A stretch of 64,000 nt of DNA from Proteromonas lacertae (Eukaryota), in assembly GCA_002245135.1 (NCBI GenBank), contig NGBS01000292.1:186001-250000 (forward strand), written 5' to 3'. The notes under the pieces are model-generated. The model saw only the letters and a program-made list of their open reading frames with translations, made no database searches and was not told the origin of the DNA. Positions 23,624-37,923 of this stretch are shown here, piece by piece. The translations under genes were made by a program, and so were the position numbers. Positions within the stretch are counted from its first letter, which is position 1, and each line of letters starts with the position of its first letter.

Positions 23624-26600
23624 TTATTCTACATTCTTATGCAATGGTTTTAATCCTCTTCTCATCACTTTTCTCTTTACTAAAGAAGCTTGTAATATAG
23701 TATTTTGTCTTTTCTTTGGAATATCTTTATTCTCTTTCTCTTGTTTCTTCTCATTTCCTTCTTCTTTACTATCTTCATCATCATCATCATCTACAATAGC
23801 CATTGCAGCTTTTGGAACACTTTTCAAACTATATAATACATCATTAACAATAGCTAATGGCAATTTAATACCAATAACAGCCAGGTATCTGAACCATTTG
23901 GCTTAATTCTCACAATTCTTACTTTCTTATCATAATAATTGATATCTTGTAACTTATTGAAGATAGTTCCCCATATAAATAAGAATGAACCACTCAATAT
24001 ATCATACCTCTGTTTTCTCTTACCTAATTGACATGAATTCTTATATTTACACTTACCATGATGAATACATTCATTTAAACTACGATTATATTCATTCTCC
24101 CAATATTTTGATACTATTTCAATATTATTACTATCATTTTCATCTAATTTAGTGAAATATTGGAAATCATCATCATTCAATGGTTTGTTCACTTTACCAT
24201 AGATAGGAGTATAATATTTGTATAAATTCATAGTATGAATATTATATTTCATTTTCAATCTAATTGCTTCTGGATCATTCTCATCATATTGTTCAATATA
24301 AATATATTCTATTGGATTAGTATCTTTAACTATATAATAGCCATTTTTATCATTATCATTTTTATTATCTTTATTCTTCATATATATCTCATTAATCTCT
24401 TCATATTTCATTCCTGTTTCTATTTCATATGTATAATGAGTGGTGAAATTTCCAGTATTATGTATATCAATCACTTCTTTATTTATCTCTTTAATATTTC
24501 CACCGCTTATCAATATAATGCCATTATCGATAGGTGAATTTAAATTCTCTTTTTCATTAATATAATGTAATATATCATAGAAATAACATAACAATTGACT
24601 TTGAATATCAAAATCTTCACATAATAATCTATTGAAATATCTCTTTAATAGATTATTCTCTTGGTTAAATTCAGACATTTCCATTTCAGTAAACCATTCT
24701 CTTAACTTTCTAATATATAATTCAAAATCATTATCATTCATTCTTCTAATTCTCTTATCATCTATTCCTTTCTTTAAATCCTCCAATATCCTTGCATTCA
24801 CTGGTGCTTTCTCTTTCTTCATGATAATATTACCAATTAATTTGATTGCTTTATTACCATTTTTATTGTCAATACTCAGATTACCTAATTGAACTGCTCC
24901 ACTTGTTGCATATCTATTACCCATTGTCAATGCACCTAATTGTTGTAATCTATTACTGATAGTATAGGCAAATCTAATTTCACCACCTATATTACTCAAT
25001 AATAATATATAGGATGGTGGGACAGCTTGATTGGATCGATGAGTTCTACCTAATTGTTGAATAGCTTTAGTTGCACTCCAGGGTAATTCTAAGGTGATAT
25101 GAATTCTTTTTCTTTGGTTTTTACATTTCTTATCTGATTGTAAGGATATTCCTGTAGATGTAGCATCACTGATTATAGCTATTAACTTATCACCATTCAT
25201 AAAGGCATTCTTTTCTAATATATTATCATCTTTAGAACGATTGACATATCTATATTCATATTCTACTTTCTTGGTGGATTTAAAGAGTTTTATTTTCTTT
25301 GTCTTTGGTTTTTTAGATTGTTTCTTGTAAGTTTTATCTTTATCTTTACTACTTCTTCTTCTTCTTTTAGTTTTCTTTTCCACTATCTCTTCTCCACTAT
25401 CTGAATTATCAACCTCTATGTCATAATCATCTTCATCTTCATCATCTACATCATCATAATCTGTATATTCATCTTCACTATCTTCTTCAACTGGCTCAGG
25501 TGCGAAATGATACATGAGGTTTAGGTGATTTAGACGGTTGTTTCTTCTGTTCTTCTTTCTTCTTAGGAGTTGTATTGAATACTAATACTCTATCATCATC
25601 TGAATCTGTTTCAGTATCTACATCTTCATTATTATTCCTTGTGTTTTCTTCTGTTTTAGTTGCTTCCTTTTCTTCATTGTTTCTTCACTATTCTCTTCTT
25701 GTATAGTTGATAGATTATTGTCTATGATCTTATTTTGTGCAATTTCTAATTCAGTAATATTGATATTAGTTTCATCTTTCTCTGTATTATCTTCATCATC
25801 ATCATTATTATCTCCTTCTTTATTCTCAACTTCCATTTCTGCTTTATTATCTGCTGGTTGTTGTTGTTGCAGCTGCTGTTCTTCTTTCTCTTCTTTTATT
25901 GGTTGCGGTGAATCTACTTCAATATTCTTTTCTTCTTCTCCTTCTGATTTAACAGATTTTTGTTCTTCTTCTATTTCCATTTTCTCTTCTTCTTTTAATG
26001 GAATTGGAATTGATTCTTCTTCTTCCATTTTAACTGATTCTTTTACCTTCTTCTTCCATCTTTTCTTCTTCTCCTTTTACTTCTACGGGAGTTGATTCTT
26101 TCTCTTTCTTCTTCTCCATTTTATCTTCTTTTAACATTGTATCTGTTGGTGAATCTTCACTATTTTCACTATTTTCTTCAGCTTCTTCTTCTTCTTCTTT
26201 CTCTTCTTTACCATTATTTACTCTCACTTTAATCAATCTCGATGTTCTACCAGTCATCTCAGCTACTTTATCTATTCCTCCCATTTCATCAATTAAAACA
26301 TCTAATGGATTCTGAGGTAAGGTCATTTTTTCAATATCACTTAATAACAACTCTTTACTAGATTTTATCTTATTATAAAACTCAATGTGATTGATATAAT
26401 CCTTCTTGTAATTCCTATCCGTTTCAATACAATGTTTACAGAATAAACAAAACCATTGTTGTAATTCATTATCATCACTATTATTATTATCACTTTCATT
26501 AATACAATTCTTGTGTATAATATGTTTAAAACAATGACTACATATTAAATAATTATCATTTTCATCAATATCTTTATTACATTCTTCACATTTTAAAGTC

Positions 26601-28219
26601 TTGACGTAATCTTCAATCTTTATCATATTATTACCACTTATCTTCTTAACTCCATTCTCAATCATTGTATTTAAATCTTCAATTAATTCATTCTTATATT
26701 CTTCAGGTTTTTGAGGTAATTTATAAAATGATTCAATAAATCGTTTATATATTTCTTTTGGTCCACATATAAACCCATCCAAAGTCTCTTCGTTCAATGT
26801 GTTTTGATTATTCAATGCAGTTTTAGTATTAGATTCACCAGTTGATTGTATACCAATCACTATACAATTACCTTTTTTAATTTCTTCATTCGCTATTTCT
26901 ACTACTTTCTTTATCTTACTACTGATACACATTATTATATAAAACCTCTGATTACAGTTCCAATAGAATTTCCTCATCTTCTGTAAATCACTTTGTTTTT
27001 GATAAGATACAGTATCTTCTAACTCATTCTTTATTCTCTTCCACATCTTTACACTCTCATTATACATAAGTATCATTTCTTCATCAATATTGATAGATAA
27101 TATCTCAAAATCTGTTCCTCTGAATGATAATTGTCTTGATATATACACTCCTTTCTGTCTCATATCTAATGTTAGTAATTCTTGAATACCTAATCCTCCA
27201 GTTTTGATTGTATTAACAAAGTCTTGATAATTGTTCCATAAACCTAATCTTGTCATGTATAATAGATTATCTGGTTCAGAGAGACCTGTTGCACTACAAT
27301 ATACGATTCTGGCATTGGGCAAACGGTTTTGGAGTTGTATAACTGATTCACTTGTCTATAATAACAATAATAATAATAATATTTTTATACTTTTGAATCT
27401 TTTGTTTTTGCTTTATGACATTCATCAAATATAATTACACCACTATAATCTTTACCAAACCATTCAATAATCTCTTCTAAACGATTATGTTTACCACTAT
27501 TTAAATATATATAGAAATATATATACGATTTAGAGATGAGTAACATATAAGTTAAGAATAACACACCTTCTTTGATTTTGTCCAAGTTCTTATTATTCTT
27601 AAAATCATACACCTTCATACTCTCATATCCTAAATCTTTAAAATCTCTTTTTGCATCGAAATATAAATCATTGGATACACTTATCCATATGGCTTTCTTA
27701 TTACCTCTCAGATAATTCTCAACTATAATTGCTGCTATTTGTCTGCCTTTACCTACACCAGCACCATCTCCTAAGAAAAATCCTCCTCTGTAGCCATTTT
27801 CTAATATTACTTCGTGTCTTTGACATGCATAATACACTGTCTCTAAATGTAACTGAGATAAAGCACCTGTTTCAATCATATCACTCTCTGTTTCAATTTT
27901 TAACTTCATATTAATATCGGGAGGTTCAATGGATGATAATGATCTAAAATATAAACAATGCAATTTATAGATACAGTGACTGTACCATTTCATCAGGATG
28001 AGGATGACCAATAGATACTTTTGCTGGCTTATAAACAGAAAATGGTTCATTACTGTTGCTATCTCCTAGTGCTACGTCAACTTCTACCAAAATAGAGTAA
28101 ATTATTATACCTGGTATTAAATCTTTGAAAGCATTAGCTCGTTTGCTCTTCTATTAATAAATATAACATCTTCAATATTATACATCGCCTGATTTGCTTA
28201 AAACTGATCTTCTTCTCAT
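23624..28219 (-). CDS. SBNO: Strawberry notch homolog (SBNO/FGT1-like) with PHD finger
   Basis: GFFLGDGAGVGKGRQIA, IIFDECHKAK, ARIVYCSATG, VAEMTGR, TLELPWSATKAIQQLGRTHRSNQ. PHD CEEC..CSHC..H..C..WFCLFC. About 5 introns and several frameshifts. Confidence 0.92.
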
Positions 28220-28247
28220 AAAAAATGAAGATGGAGGTTAAGTGATT

Positions 28248-28255
28248 TTTGGCGC
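28248..28255 (+). promoter_or_regulatory. E2F-consensus-like site TTTGGCGC upstream of SBNO
   Basis: Exact TTTSSCGC match about 30 bp upstream of the SBNO ATG in CpG-poor DNA. Single instance; function unverified. Confidence 0.3.
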
Positions 28256-28650
28256 CTTCTTAGTAATTTAAAATCAAACCAAAATAAGCATGAACATATA
28301 TGTTATTTGAGGATTATATTTTTTAAGTCATTGATATATGTACTAAAATAATAAAATAACCCACTACATCCACATTAATTCTTTACTGCGATAAACATAT
28401 AATACCAATGTGATTTTATTCTCCAATTTTGCAACATTAACATAGTTATCACCCTTAAAGCCATATATAAATACTTTGGACGCAATTGGAATTACATAAC
28501 TTGAAAATATGATATTAGATATACATCTATGCTCCACAAAGTAAATACATTTTATATAGTCAATGCTAAACAATTTCTTTATCAAAATTTAATTTTTGAA
28601 ATAATAGCTGTTTCATTTAAAAGCTTGACAATCAAACAAAGAATTGAAAA

Positions 28651-29660
28651 ATGGTGAAAGGAATAAATCCTGTTCTAGATTATAAGAAAAAAGAAAAACA
28701 AAAAGTATCGTTTTATTAGTGTCTATATATTCAGATAATCAATAAAGCAAAAGAAGCAAAGAGAAAAATTAGAGAAGCTCAAAAGAAAGCTAACGATCCT
28801 AAGAAAATCACTAGAAATGTAATACATAAATAAAATAATAACATATAGATAGAACAGCTTAACCTTTTAGAAAGAGCTGGAAGATTAAGGCCGGAGGATA
28901 GAGAAAGGAGGGCGCAAGTATAATAATTTATAAACATAACTTTTTATTAGCTGTTGCAAAAACTTGAAGAAGTAAAAGCATCAAAATCTAAATCAAATGA
29001 CACACATCTTGACGAAGCTCTACTGAAAGAAGCAGAAGAGCATACAATCACACCAGAGATTATAATGCAACGACAACAATTATTGCAGCAATCATTTCTT
29101 TCAGTTCCACCTCCTCCTTCAAATGAACAGTATTCAGACTATTCTAATTCATATTTACCATATCCTTTACCTTCAGCACAATCACCAGCTACTATACAAC
29201 AACCACAATATCAACAACCAAGCCAGCAGAGAGTTATGCAAAATGATCCTTTATTAGATGCTTATAATGGTAATACTAGTTCAACAGATTATTGTATTTA
29301 TATATTGTTTATTTTTATTTTTAAATAGTATTACAGAAACCAATAGGACCAAAGAAATTGAAGAAATATGAAAGTGAAAATGCTGTTTTCATACCAAGGT
29401 CAGTAAAAACAAATTTTATTAAACAAGTAACAGAAGAAAAAAGAATTGTTGAAGATAAACAAGTAAATAACACTAATGTTGATACTTCAACTTTTTCTGC
29501 AGCTCCAGGTCCTAGAATAAGGAAATTGATAGTTCAACCTCCAGTAAAAAGTGTTGAAGAAAAGAACAGTTCAAAAGAAGATAAAAAATCTAATTCAAGT
29601 GTGCCTGATGATTTAGATGCTTTTATGAAAGAAATTGAGGATCTAAGTGGTTCTAAGTGA
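28651..29660 (+). CDS. WBP11: WW domain-binding protein 11-like splicing factor
   Basis: MVKGINPVLDYKKKEKQK..KIRE..DPKKITRNIEQL, Pro-rich middle, FIPRSVK, C-terminal DDLDAFMKEIEDL. Four introns. Confidence 0.8.
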
Positions 29661-29865
29661 TTTTTTTAAATTTATTTAAAAGATTCAATGTTTAATGAAT
29701 ATTAATGTAATGATTGATGTTTATTTCAAAATAAAATGACTCTTAAAGATCTTCGATGAAATGATCAATCATAAAAGATAGAAAAATAAAGAAAAGAAGA
29801 GTTTTAGCTGTAAAATTGAATAAAAAAGAAAAAGTCGGTTCTACGGTTTTCTGAATATATTTTAA

Positions 29866-30494
29866 ATGAGTGATAATAGCAGAAGTAGAAGTAGAAGTTT
29901 ATCTGGTAGTAATGGTAGAAATCGTAGTGCTTCTCCAGCTGCTAAACCTTCAAGTCCAGCAAGAGACAACAGTAGAAGTAGATCAAGATCAAGATCTGAA
30001 GGAAGAAGACCTCCACAAAGGTATGTTTACAATTTCTTATGATTTATAGTAAGAGAAGTGATAATGCTGCTGATGAAAAGAGAAGTATTTTGGTTAAAAG
30101 TCTTCCCTATGATGCAAGAGTTGAGGAAGTTAAAGAAATATTTTCAAGATTCGGAGAAATTAATGATGTATACCTTCCTAGAGATTTTCATACAAGGTAT
30201 AGTAATATTTATTACATTTTGCATAGAAAACAACGTGGTTTTGGATTTGTAGAATTTGCAAGACGGGAAGATGCAGAAGAAGCTTTAGAACAATTGAATG
30301 GGTATAAAATGGGAGATAGAGAGATTCAACTTCAAATCGCTCAAAACCGTAGAAAGAAGCCTGAAGATTTTAGAAATAGAAGACCAAGACGTTATAGTCG
30401 TAGCAGAAGTCACTCAAGACATGGACATAGCCATTCTCACCATCATCACAGTCATAGAAGAAGTCATAGTGATAGTAGAAGAAGAAGATATTAA
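29866..30494 (+). CDS. SR-family splicing factor (SRSF2/SCL-like)
   Basis: RS dipeptides at both ends; RRM FGEINDVYLPRDFHTRKQRGFGFVEF. Two introns, one of them in-frame at 30197-30226. Confidence 0.85.
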
Positions 30495-30806
30495 TATAGT
30501 TAATACACAACATGACAAATTATTATAATATTATTAGTTTTATTTTATTACAGGGTTGAGGATATGTGTTGAAATTTGTATTTTTATTATGAGATATAAT
30601 TTTACAGTATTTGGCAAATATATTCATTCACAAAATGTCTCTTGAGAGAATTAAATGAAATTGTAAGAATAACAAATATATATAGTCAGTGTTATTTATA
30701 AAGAATAATAGGAAAATAATATGCATGAGATTAATCACTTAATAGTCTACTGTATGTAATAAACTAAAAAATTTAATTCTATTTTGAACAACCAATCAAA
30801 AAAAAA

Positions 30807-33800
30807 ATGTTTATATTTCTTTGGTTAATATATAGTTTATTATTTTGGGGTGTGTCTCCAGCATCATATGAAAAGTTGAAAGTGAATATAGAAGTTGACT
30901 CACAAAACACTTTCTATGTTTTATTGAATGGATTTTATTATAGAATTATAAATCCTAATGATTTTGAAATTACATCTGGAATGAGTATAATTAGTTTCAC
31001 AACCGATGAAATCGCTTACACATCAAAAATTTCTACATTTGAACATTTGAGGCAGACAAAATCTTCAAAAACTATCATGACAAATCGTAGTTATAGTGGT
31101 GGGTGGAGCAATCCTATATTTGGAAGGACAAATCTAAAAATAGCTGTTATGAGAACTCTTTGGTATAGATCTAGTGATCATCCATACAGATGTCAAACAA
31201 GAAAATTGATGGAAGATACTATTAAGCAAGTTGACCATGCTGTTAGATTATGGTCAGGAAATCAACTTGGTTTGAATGTGAGTGGTTGTTATGTATCTGA
31301 GTGTTTAGATGCTGTTACTGATGAAGAATATGCAGATACCGAACATCATAGTTCGTTAGTATCTCAATGGTATAATAAAATACTAAGTTGGTATAAATGG
31401 CCTAAAGGAGTTAAAAAAGAAGATTTTGCGACTATTGCTGCAACGTGGGGACCTTTAAATGTTGCATGGAGTGGTGTGGCTAATGTACCTGCTATACATA
31501 GTTGGTTTTTAGGTGAAGTAAATGCTTTTCTTTTTATAAATGCAGGATTTAATAGTGATTCTTTTTCAAAATCTTTTGTCCATGAAGTTGGTCATAATAT
31601 GGGATTTGACCATGCTGGTGGTCTTCCAGTATCAACAACAGGACAATTGATTCACTATGAAATGGCTGATGGTTATGATGATATGGCAACTTATATGGCA
31701 ATTGCTAAATGGTATCATCCTGTTACTGCAAGGCAATATTATTATATAATAGCAAAAAGTGATCCTCAGCCATGGTATTGGTTTAAACTAGAAGAGGAAG
31801 GAACTTATACAGTCAGAATTTATGCTTTTGATCATCCTTATTCAAGACATTTTTTAGGTGTTACATCTCCATATCATGATGAGAATGAAGAATTTGATGG
31901 TGTTAAAATGAAGTATACTTGTTTAGCATTAGAAATTCCATTTGATAAGAATTCAATGGTTAGTGGACTAGATATGAGTGGCTATTCCTATATATCCACA
32001 ATATTAGAATATCGTTATTCTGATGAAGGACAAGAAGCATGGAAATCTCGAAGTGTAAGATGGATATGGGGACCTGTTACACAATCTGATGGAAATCCTG
32101 ATAAGGGAGCTTTACATAATTTATTAGATGTTGATGTTGATGGAATGATAGGAGGTAGTAATAGTTGGGGTGATGGTCAATTACCAATAGGTGTGAAATG
32201 GACTCCTCGAAATATTGATAAAGGAACAATGTCATTTAAACTAATCAGAATGCATCCTGGTAGATTAGAATCTACAACATTTGAATCCGTAGATGATGTA
32301 AAACAAAGAGAATATGATGAAGCTGCTTATGTTGATATAGAAGTCACATATAAACCAAATACTCCCTTAGTAAAACCAACAACACAACCGAAATTTCCAA
32401 CATATATAAAATCTCCTTCAATTGTGTCATGTACTAACTATGAATCTAGTAATACAATGAACTGTAAAACTCAAACTGATACATTTTGGCTTTATAGTGA
32501 AAATGAAGGTGATAATAATCTTCCTCGAGTATATAAAAATAATGAAGTATATATAGATGGAAGAAGAGTAATATCATCCTACGATGGTTATTACTCAAGT
32601 TTCTATTATCACTGTTTTGGTGAAACAATCAATCATCGATGTATAAAAGTATCAGTTACATCTGCTGGTTATACTGGATATTTTGCTGTAAGTTCTTGGT
32701 ATGATTCAACAGTATCAATTGATTCATCTTTCAGTTATGGTGGTAATACTATTTATGCTGATCTTCCAAGTATTCCTTATGCTGTAAGAATTGCTGATAT
32801 GTCAGGAAAATCTATAGATGTTACTAGTTCTGTGGATGGAATTACATTGTTTCACAGACTTGCAGATTTTAAAGTAGATGGTTTATTTGAAGGTGTAGTT
32901 AGAATTCATGATAATGCTGGAAATGTAGTTTCGTATAGAGATTTTCAAATGGTAAGAGCAAATAATACAGATAGAGTTGCATTTCGAAAGAAGAGAGATA
33001 ATGGTAAATATGAAATTAGTGCTGCTTCAATTCCTGTAAACAAGTTTACAGCTCCTACATTCTTATTCAGTCAAACAATTGAAGCAAATAAAGAGTTGTA
33101 TTATCCAATAGTTCATTTACAAGCATTTGATTACTTTTATATTGATATTGAAGGAAGAATTCCTGATGATTTAACAATTGAAGCCAAAGTTGAATCTGGT
33201 AAAGTGACATTTGATTTAAGTGACTTAAGTGGATATGAAGATATTTCTTATAAGATCTTATGTGCTGATATAATAGATGAGACAAAAGGTGAATGTGAAT
33301 TCTATTCATTTAAATTTAACAAAGAAATCAGTTTATTAAGTATAAGAGAAGTTTTATCAACAAGATTTGGAAATCAAAGAGTAGATAGAAAAGCAAGTAG
33401 AAGTGAGTTTGTTTTTAAGGGTAAAAAATATGGAGTAATTATTAATCCAACAAAAGTAAAATATATTCCATTTACAAAGACAATAAATAATCTTGAATAT
33501 AATTTTGATAATGTGAATCGATATTACGAATTAGGTAATAATGTAAAACCACAAACTCCAACAACACCTGTACCAACAACACCTATTATACCAGATTTAT
33601 CTACAAATGAAGAAATTAAATTTATAATAAATGGAGGTAAAAATGAATATAATAAAATTGTATATAAACTAAAAGATAAAGAAAATAATCGTGTATCTGA
33701 ATTATTTGATTATTTAGAAGGCAGGTGAAAATAAAGTTCTATGTTATACAAGACATGATGAATATTATCTTGAATATGGAAATCATCAAGATAATAACAA

Positions 33801-36800
33801 TTGGCGAGATTCTCGAATAATAATATCGATTGTAGATGGTCCAGTATTATTTGATGGAAGTTATGATGGAAGTTCAGTATTAAATCATAAACATTTAATT
33901 ATCAAGAATTATATAAAAAATAATAAAAACTTGAAATATAGTGATATAGCACAAGTTGATGACTTTTGGAAAGAAGGTGAAAATATAGAAAATTGGAAAG
34001 ATGGAAGTATAAAATTAGATTCATTAAAGAATGTTCATAAACGATATTATTATAAAGTGATAGATATTCGAGAATCACTTGAAGATATAGTATCTTTTTA
34101 TATGAGAATGAAGATTTGTGGCAAAGCTACATTATATATGAATAATGTGAAGATAAATGTGATAGAGAAATGTAATTCAAATGAATATATAAAATTCAGT
34201 GTTCAATCTCATATAATTGATGTAGGTTTAAATCATTTAGGAATCGAATTTGAAAATATAAATAATATCGAAGAAGATATATTTGATATAAATCAATTCT
34301 TTTTGTTAACAGTAGATTCTGATGCAATTGTAATGCCAACCACTCCTCCACCAACACCAAGTCCATCTGATTTAACTCTGATAACTGAGAATACAGAATG
34401 GGAATATAGTGATGATTATAATTATGGCAATTATTGGACTGCTTTCTATATCAGTGAAATAGATAATTGGAAGAAATCTGTAGAGAATCATTTTGAAACA
34501 AAATCAGTAATAAGTCGATATTATCGAACAACGTTTAGAATCGAAAGTGATTTATCATTTGTTGGTAGTCCAAAATTAGAACTGAAATTGAGTGAAGGAA
34601 TAATTGTGTATATAAATGGATTTGAAATCTATCGATACAATTTAGAAGGTGGTAAAATAGAATGGAATACGAAATCAATAAAATCTTATGAGAATATGAA
34701 AAGTAAAACAGTGATGATTCCATTAAGTGTGATTTATAAAGGATTGAATTATCTCAGTGTAGAAATTCATGAGAATGCCATAGTAGTTAAACAAAGTTGA
34801 TTCATTCTATTTACGATTAGGAATAACTAATGCAATAAGTGAAACTCAATTACAAACACCAAATGTTGATGTAAATATTTATCATTATAAACATAATGAA
34901 AATGTGACAAAACCTGAATCCAGTGATTATGAAAATATGAGAAGTATGAATAAATTCAATTATGGAGGTAATGAAAATAATGTATTACCTTGGAGTACAA
35001 CAATCGAATTTAAGAAAGATGAATCAAGATATGTAAATTTATTCCGATTTGCTGGTTGTACAAATGATGCATCTACTCATCCGAAGAGTATAATTGTATA
35101 TGGTTCAACTGACAAAGAAAATCCAAGTTGGGAAGAGATTTATCGAAATGAAAATTTAGATTTTTCACATATGGAAGCTTATGAAATTGATAGTTGTCCT
35201 GATGAGTTGAGAGTATCAATTCCTATATATAAATCCTATGAAATATTCAAAATCTCTGTATTAAAAACTCGAAGTTTTAATGGTTGGATTCAATTCCGAT
35301 TAATAACATTCAGTGAATCCAGACCAAAAATCTGTAAAAGAATGGGTGAATTTCCAAGTGCATTTGGAAATAGTGAAGTTCGAGTTGGTTGTAATGAATT
35401 TGGATATAAAATTCGAAAATGTAATGAAGATGGTTATTGGGAAGATAATATTGATGAAAGTGTATGTAATATTCCTAAACCTACCACTCCAACTCCTCCT
35501 CCAACACCAAGTCCATCTGATTTAACTCTGATAACTGAGAATACAGAATGGGAATATAGTGATGATTATAATTATGGCAATTATTGGACTGCTTTCTATA
35601 TCAGTGAAATAGATAATTGGAAGAAATCTGTAGAGAATCATTTTGAAACAAAATCAGTAATAAGTCGATATTATCGAACAACGTTTAGAATCGAAAGTGA
35701 TTTATCATTTGTTGGTAGTCCAAAATTAGAACTGAAATTGAGTGAAGGAATAATTGTGTATATAAATGGATTTGAAATCTATCGATACAATTTAGAAGGT
35801 GGTAAAATAGAATGGAATACGAAATCAATAAAATCTTATGAGAATATGAAAAGTAAAACAGTGATGATTCCATTAAGTGTGATTTATAAAGGATTGAATT
35901 ATCTCAGTGTAGAAATTCATGAGAATGCCATAGTGTTAAACAAAGTTGATTCATTCTATTTACGATTAGGAATAACTAATGCAATAAGTGAAACTCAATT
36001 ACAAACACCAAATGTTGATGTAAATATTTATCATTATAAACATAATGAAAATGTGACAAAACCTGAATCCAGTGATTATGAAAATATGAGAAGTATGAAT
36101 AAATTCAATTATGGAGGTAATGAAAATAATGTATTACCTTGGAGTACAACAATCGAATTTAAGAAAGATGAATCAAGATATGTAAATTTATTCCGATTTG
36201 CTGGTTGTACAAATGATGCATCTACTCATCCGAAGAGTATAATTGTATATGGTTCAACTGACAAAGAAAATCCAAGTTGGGAAGAGATTTATCGAAATGA
36301 AAATTTGAGATTTTTCATCTACTTCATAGCTTATGAAATTCGATAGTTGTCCTGATGAGTTGAGAGTATCAATTCATATATATAAATCCTATGAAATATT
36401 CAAAATCTCTGTATTAAAAACTCGAAGTTTTAATGGTTGGATTCAATTCCGATTAATAACATTCAGTGAATCCAGACCAAAAATCTGTAAAAGAATGGGT
36501 GAATTTCCAAGTGCATTTGGAAATAGTGAAGTTCGAGTTGGTTGTAATGAATTTGGATATAAAATTCGAAAATGTAATGAAGATGGTTATTGGGAAGATA
36601 ATATTGATGAAAGTGTATGTAATATTCCTAAACCTACCACTCCAACTCCTCCTCCAACACCAAGACCAACAACTCCTAATCCAACAACATAAACCAAAAA
36701 CAAACAACAACTTAAAACAACAACAAAACAACAAAACCAACAACATCAAGTCCAACAACACTTAAACCAACGACACTTAAACCAACAACTTTAAAACCCA

Positions 36801-37781
36801 ATCCAACAACACCAAATCCAACAACATCAAGTCCAACACTTAAACCAACAACTTTAAAACCAACATCAAGTCCAACAACATCAAGTCCAACAACATTAAA
36901 CCAACAACATCAAGTCCAACAACATCAAGTCCAACAACACTTAAACCAACGACACTTAAACCAACAACTTTAAAACCAACAACACTTAAAAACCAACAAC
37001 TTTAAAACCAACAACTCCTAATCCAACAGTTAATCCAACACTAAATCCAAGTACAAACAGTCCATCAATAACTGAATCTCCAACTACACCAGAAATAACT
37101 ACAATAAAACCAACAGCAATTATTCCAACAACACCAAAACCAATCGAAATAATTGATATTGAAATAAGAATTTCCAATATTACTAACATTAATTCACTTG
37201 AATTTAATGAGAATGATAAAATCATAATAAAAGATTCAATAATCAAAATCTACAAAACCGAAGGAATATTATTAGAAAGAGATGATATTGAAGTAATAAG
37301 TAATAATCCTACATTATTATTGCGAGGATTAGAAAATGAAATGAAGATAGAAGTAATTATAACAGTACCAAAAGGATCTACCAAAAATGAAACAAAAAGT
37401 GTAGCTGAAAATCTAATGTATTCTAACATACTAAATGAAGAAATCAAAACACAATCTGATAAATTTGAAGATACAATACTCAAAGATGTAGATATTAAAG
37501 TAATAAGTGTAAATGATAAAACAGTATATCCAACCAATCCAAATGATGGTGATAATAAAGATGATAGTAATGATGGTTTATCAACAGTAATGTTAATAGC
37601 AATAATAGGCGGAGGAGTTGTGGTAGTGATTATATTGATAGTAATAATTGTTGGATGTATGTTATGTAGATGTAGAAAAGTTAAATCTCATCCATCAAAA
37701 TCTAAATCAAAACCAACCGAACCAAAAACAGTTGAAAAAGGAGTAAATCGACCACCACCACCACCAATAAGAAGTAATTGA
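30807..37781 (+). CDS. Giant intronless type-I membrane metzincin (M11/gametolysin-like) with repeated beta-sandwich and Cys modules and a mucin stalk
   Basis: Signal peptide and HEVGHNMGFDH zinc motif. ORF-track pieces join across single-base shifts (about 33721, 34785, 36310, 36690 onward). PT-rich stalk, TM LIAIIGGGVVVVIILIVIIVGC, short Pro-rich tail. Confidence 0.75.
34351..36653 (+). repeat. Near-identical tandem duplication, two units of about 1,150 bp (34351-35500, 35501-36653)
   Basis: CCAACACCAAG boundary at 34351, 35501 and 36654. Copies appear identical except an extra A at 34785, a mismatched patch at about 36305-36345 and isolated substitutions. Confidence 0.95.
36654..37050 (+). 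repeat. 15-nt minisatellite encoding a PTTLK/PTTSS/PTTPN mucin-like stalk
   Basis: Units CCAACAACACTTAAA, CCAACAACATCAAGT and CCAACAACTTTAAAA, with several indels. Confidence 0.85.
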
Positions 37782-37923
37782 AAAATACAATCCATATTGA
37801 TTTATACTAGATTTTCTTCTTTGTAGTTTTAATAATGTTATTTTACATTTATGATTAACTAAATTTCAAAACAATTCTAACCAATATTATTATTTATTTT
37901 ATTTTATTTATTTATTATTATAA

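Noticed and set aside
28705..28734. WBP11 intron starting GTATCGTTTT, near the U12 donor consensus
   Set aside because: 30 nt long, no branch motif, ends CAG; fits an ordinary major intron.
36654..37050. Short repeated units resembling a CRISPR or telomeric array
   Set aside because: Contiguous 15-nt coding units for a Pro/Thr stalk, without unique spacers.
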